In this document: in pieces, positions 61,661 through 64,000 of the stretch | How positions within the stretch are numbered: position 1 is the stretch's first letter | Layout of the letters: the number at the start of each line of letters is the position of its first letter | Assembly (NCBI GenBank): GCA_002256025.1 | Contig: NKIB01012981.1 | Location: forward strand, 1-64,000 | DNA: 64,000 nucleotides | Direction: 5' to 3' | Source of the DNA: Asterionella formosa | Lineage: Eukaryota | Notes under the pieces: model-generated | What the model was told of the DNA's origin: nothing | Databases searched by the model: none | Seen by the model: the letters and a program-made list of their open reading frames with translations, nothing else | Position numbers and translations under genes: made by a program

Positions 61661-62638
61661 AACATTTTCTTGGGTGGCTGCTTGCCAGCACTACACGCAT
61701 ACCAGTAGAATGCAGTTTGCCTTGAAAGAATGGGCAGAGTGTGTTGCTTTTCCTTTGATGATCATTTCTGCTCCAATGTTTGCATTTTTCATTTCTCGTT
61801 ATGTCTTCTCTTGCCGCTGCCTCATGAATTTCTGTTAGCTAGCGCCACATCTGAGCCAAAAGTTTACCTGATTTGTTGTCTTTTACGCGCAATTTCCAAT
61901 GATTTTAAAATTTCTCAAATGGAATCATGTCATTGAAAATTGGCTCATTAAAAATTCTTAGTTCCTCCAGGGAATTTCGGCAACCCTAAGCAATATATAT
62001 ATTTCCTTGAGAATGACAGAAATGAATACATTTCAGTGTTTAGTTGTACTAATCGATCGAACCTAGTGAAATGGAGGTTCAAGGCAGTTTTTAACCAGGT
62101 ACTGGTTGTGTATACTGGTGCATATACAAATGATACCACGGAATTAAACAAGCGAAAACTAATTTGGGGTTAGCTGACAGATTATGTAAAAAATCAATTC
62201 TACTTGAGTCAAGCTTTGTTTGACAAAGTATCGCCATGACAAAGAATAATAATTCACATGGAAAGAGAAATTCAATTTGGATCCAATGAGTATTCAATCG
62301 AAAACAAACAGTTTGGTCAGGTTTGTGTCGACTTGTTCGAAAAGTGCCTACAAACAGTTTGTTGTACAGGATAATATATCATTATATGATGAATACTAGT
62401 GATGATTTCAATGGAAAGCAAAAATCGAGTTGGGTATACTGAAAGTTGAACCAAATAATATAATTTCTGTGTTGACTAGGTTGAAAACAGCTTTGTTGTG
62501 TTGGATAATCAAAGGGTCATATCATGAAAGATAATGATTTTATTCAAAGTGAGACTCGGTTTGGGTCTGCTGAGAGTTGAACCCAATGAGACAATTATAT
62601 TTTCCTCGAATAATTAAAACTGCGAAAATGTTGTTTTG

Positions 62639-62697
62639 AGCACAATGAAAGACTTGCCTACAAATAGGTGAATACGAATGGGCCATAAAACATACTA
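62639..62697 (+). repeat. Copy of the 3' tail of the SINE-like element at 11329-11689
   Basis: 54 of 59 positions identical to the reverse complement of 11334-11392. Confidence 0.85.
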
Positions 62698-64000
62698 TCC
62701 TTTTTGATTTGTAAGGTAGCTAATTTCATCTTCATGACGAAGTTTATTAGTTCATGAATTTGAAACCGAGATATGGTGTTGGTCCACTGACAGCCAGTTC
62801 AACTCAAGAAATATAATACAATTTGAGTTTATCCACTTGTCAAAACGAAAACCAACATAGCTGGTATTGAGATTTTGAGTCTATAATCATAACAAAGTAG
62901 ATTAACACATGTGGAGAGTGAAAATGTATTCGGGTTGCTGATAGATTCATTAAAATCAAATTCTAATTGAGTGGAGTTTTGTTCAAAGAAGAAGGGAACA
63001 AAGTTAGAACAATAAGCTGTCAAACATGCATTAAACATGGTTGTACTGAGTATAGTCAAGTTCTGTGGGCATGAAAGAGGAAGGAAGGGAAAGATTTGTG
63101 AGAAAAGGAAATAATATAGTAGTAGCAAATCAAAAAATAAAGATAAAGAATAGTAAACATTTATTTTAATATTTTCAAAGATCATGCTTTACTACTTATC
63201 TTGCTTAGCTTGTGCATTTCAACCTGCATCAACTATTCAATGACTTCCTGCAAGCAGGCGTACCGAGCGCAATAAGCATTCGCCAAAAAAATGATTAATG
63301 TGGGCAGCCATCAAGTCTTGCAGCAATGAAATGATGGAGCAACGGCGCCATGGTGTGTAAGTGTGTTAATCGTGATGTATGTCTCAAAATTCTTTCAAAC
63401 ACACTTGAACTCACGAAAAACTTATCCGTGTACACAAGAAAGGATTCCATAAATTAATTTAGCTTTTCGTGGGACGCTACCGTACTACGTTCTTACCAGG
63501 CAGCTACAGGACAATCGTACGAGAGAACGCCGTGAAGGTGATCTTCACCATAACTTCAACCGAAAATCATTAGCTTCACCGTGTTCGTCTTGATGATTAA
63601 CAGCTTGAACATTTTCTCAAATACCGGACGATTGTCCGGTGGAGGTACCTTATACACAGAATCCTAGTACTTTGTCCTGTAGAACTGAAGTGATGGGAAA
63701 TTAATTTCTAATGATGCATGCCTATGTTCCCAGTACAGAATTGCAAGTACAACCTGGTACCAGGTACCATAACATGGAACAGGTACCTTTTTTACCAGGG
63801 ACCACATTCCGTTAAGCAATTCATAGTAGACCTCATACATAGTCTACCATCTACCAACGGTGATAACGTAATATATATATACCATCTGGTATACCGGTAC
63901 CGGTATATGCGTACTATTATTATACATTTCATATCCATTTATATGTGAAGCTTGTTCCTTTCTGTCCTGTCGCTCGCATGTGCAGAATCATACGTAGTTT

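Overview
Eukaryotic nuclear DNA, most likely a diatom or other photosynthetic stramenopile. This is inferred from short GT-AG introns, ASAFAP-like bipartite plastid-targeting leaders, an LRGG-motif leader and the style of the copia and piggyBac remnants. About 15 host genes: a triple-module LRR surface protein, MORN-repeat protein, ABM-fold membrane protein, ATP-type phosphofructokinase, GON4L/DUO3-like Myb protein, PurH/ATIC, YaeQ-like protein, UBR-box N-recognin E3 ligase, double-ApaG protein, putative glycosyltransferase, SMC3, ZNF511-like protein and several hypotheticals. Intergenic DNA holds a frameshifted Ty1/copia element (1-3733, runs off the window), a decayed copia relic (9946-12143), a piggyBac relic and tandem duplications. 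The most notable unannotated signals are: (1) a ~361-bp tRNA-derived SINE-like element with an exact 12-bp target-site duplication nested in the copia relic, whose 3' tail recurs 51 kb away; (2) a 169-bp insertion with a 17-bp target-site duplication and a similar hairpin-GCTATAAAA tail; (3) palindromic GGTACC/CCWGG/ACCGGT micro-arrays clustered in intergenic DNA, often upstream of genes. All calls come from manual reading; no database searches were run.
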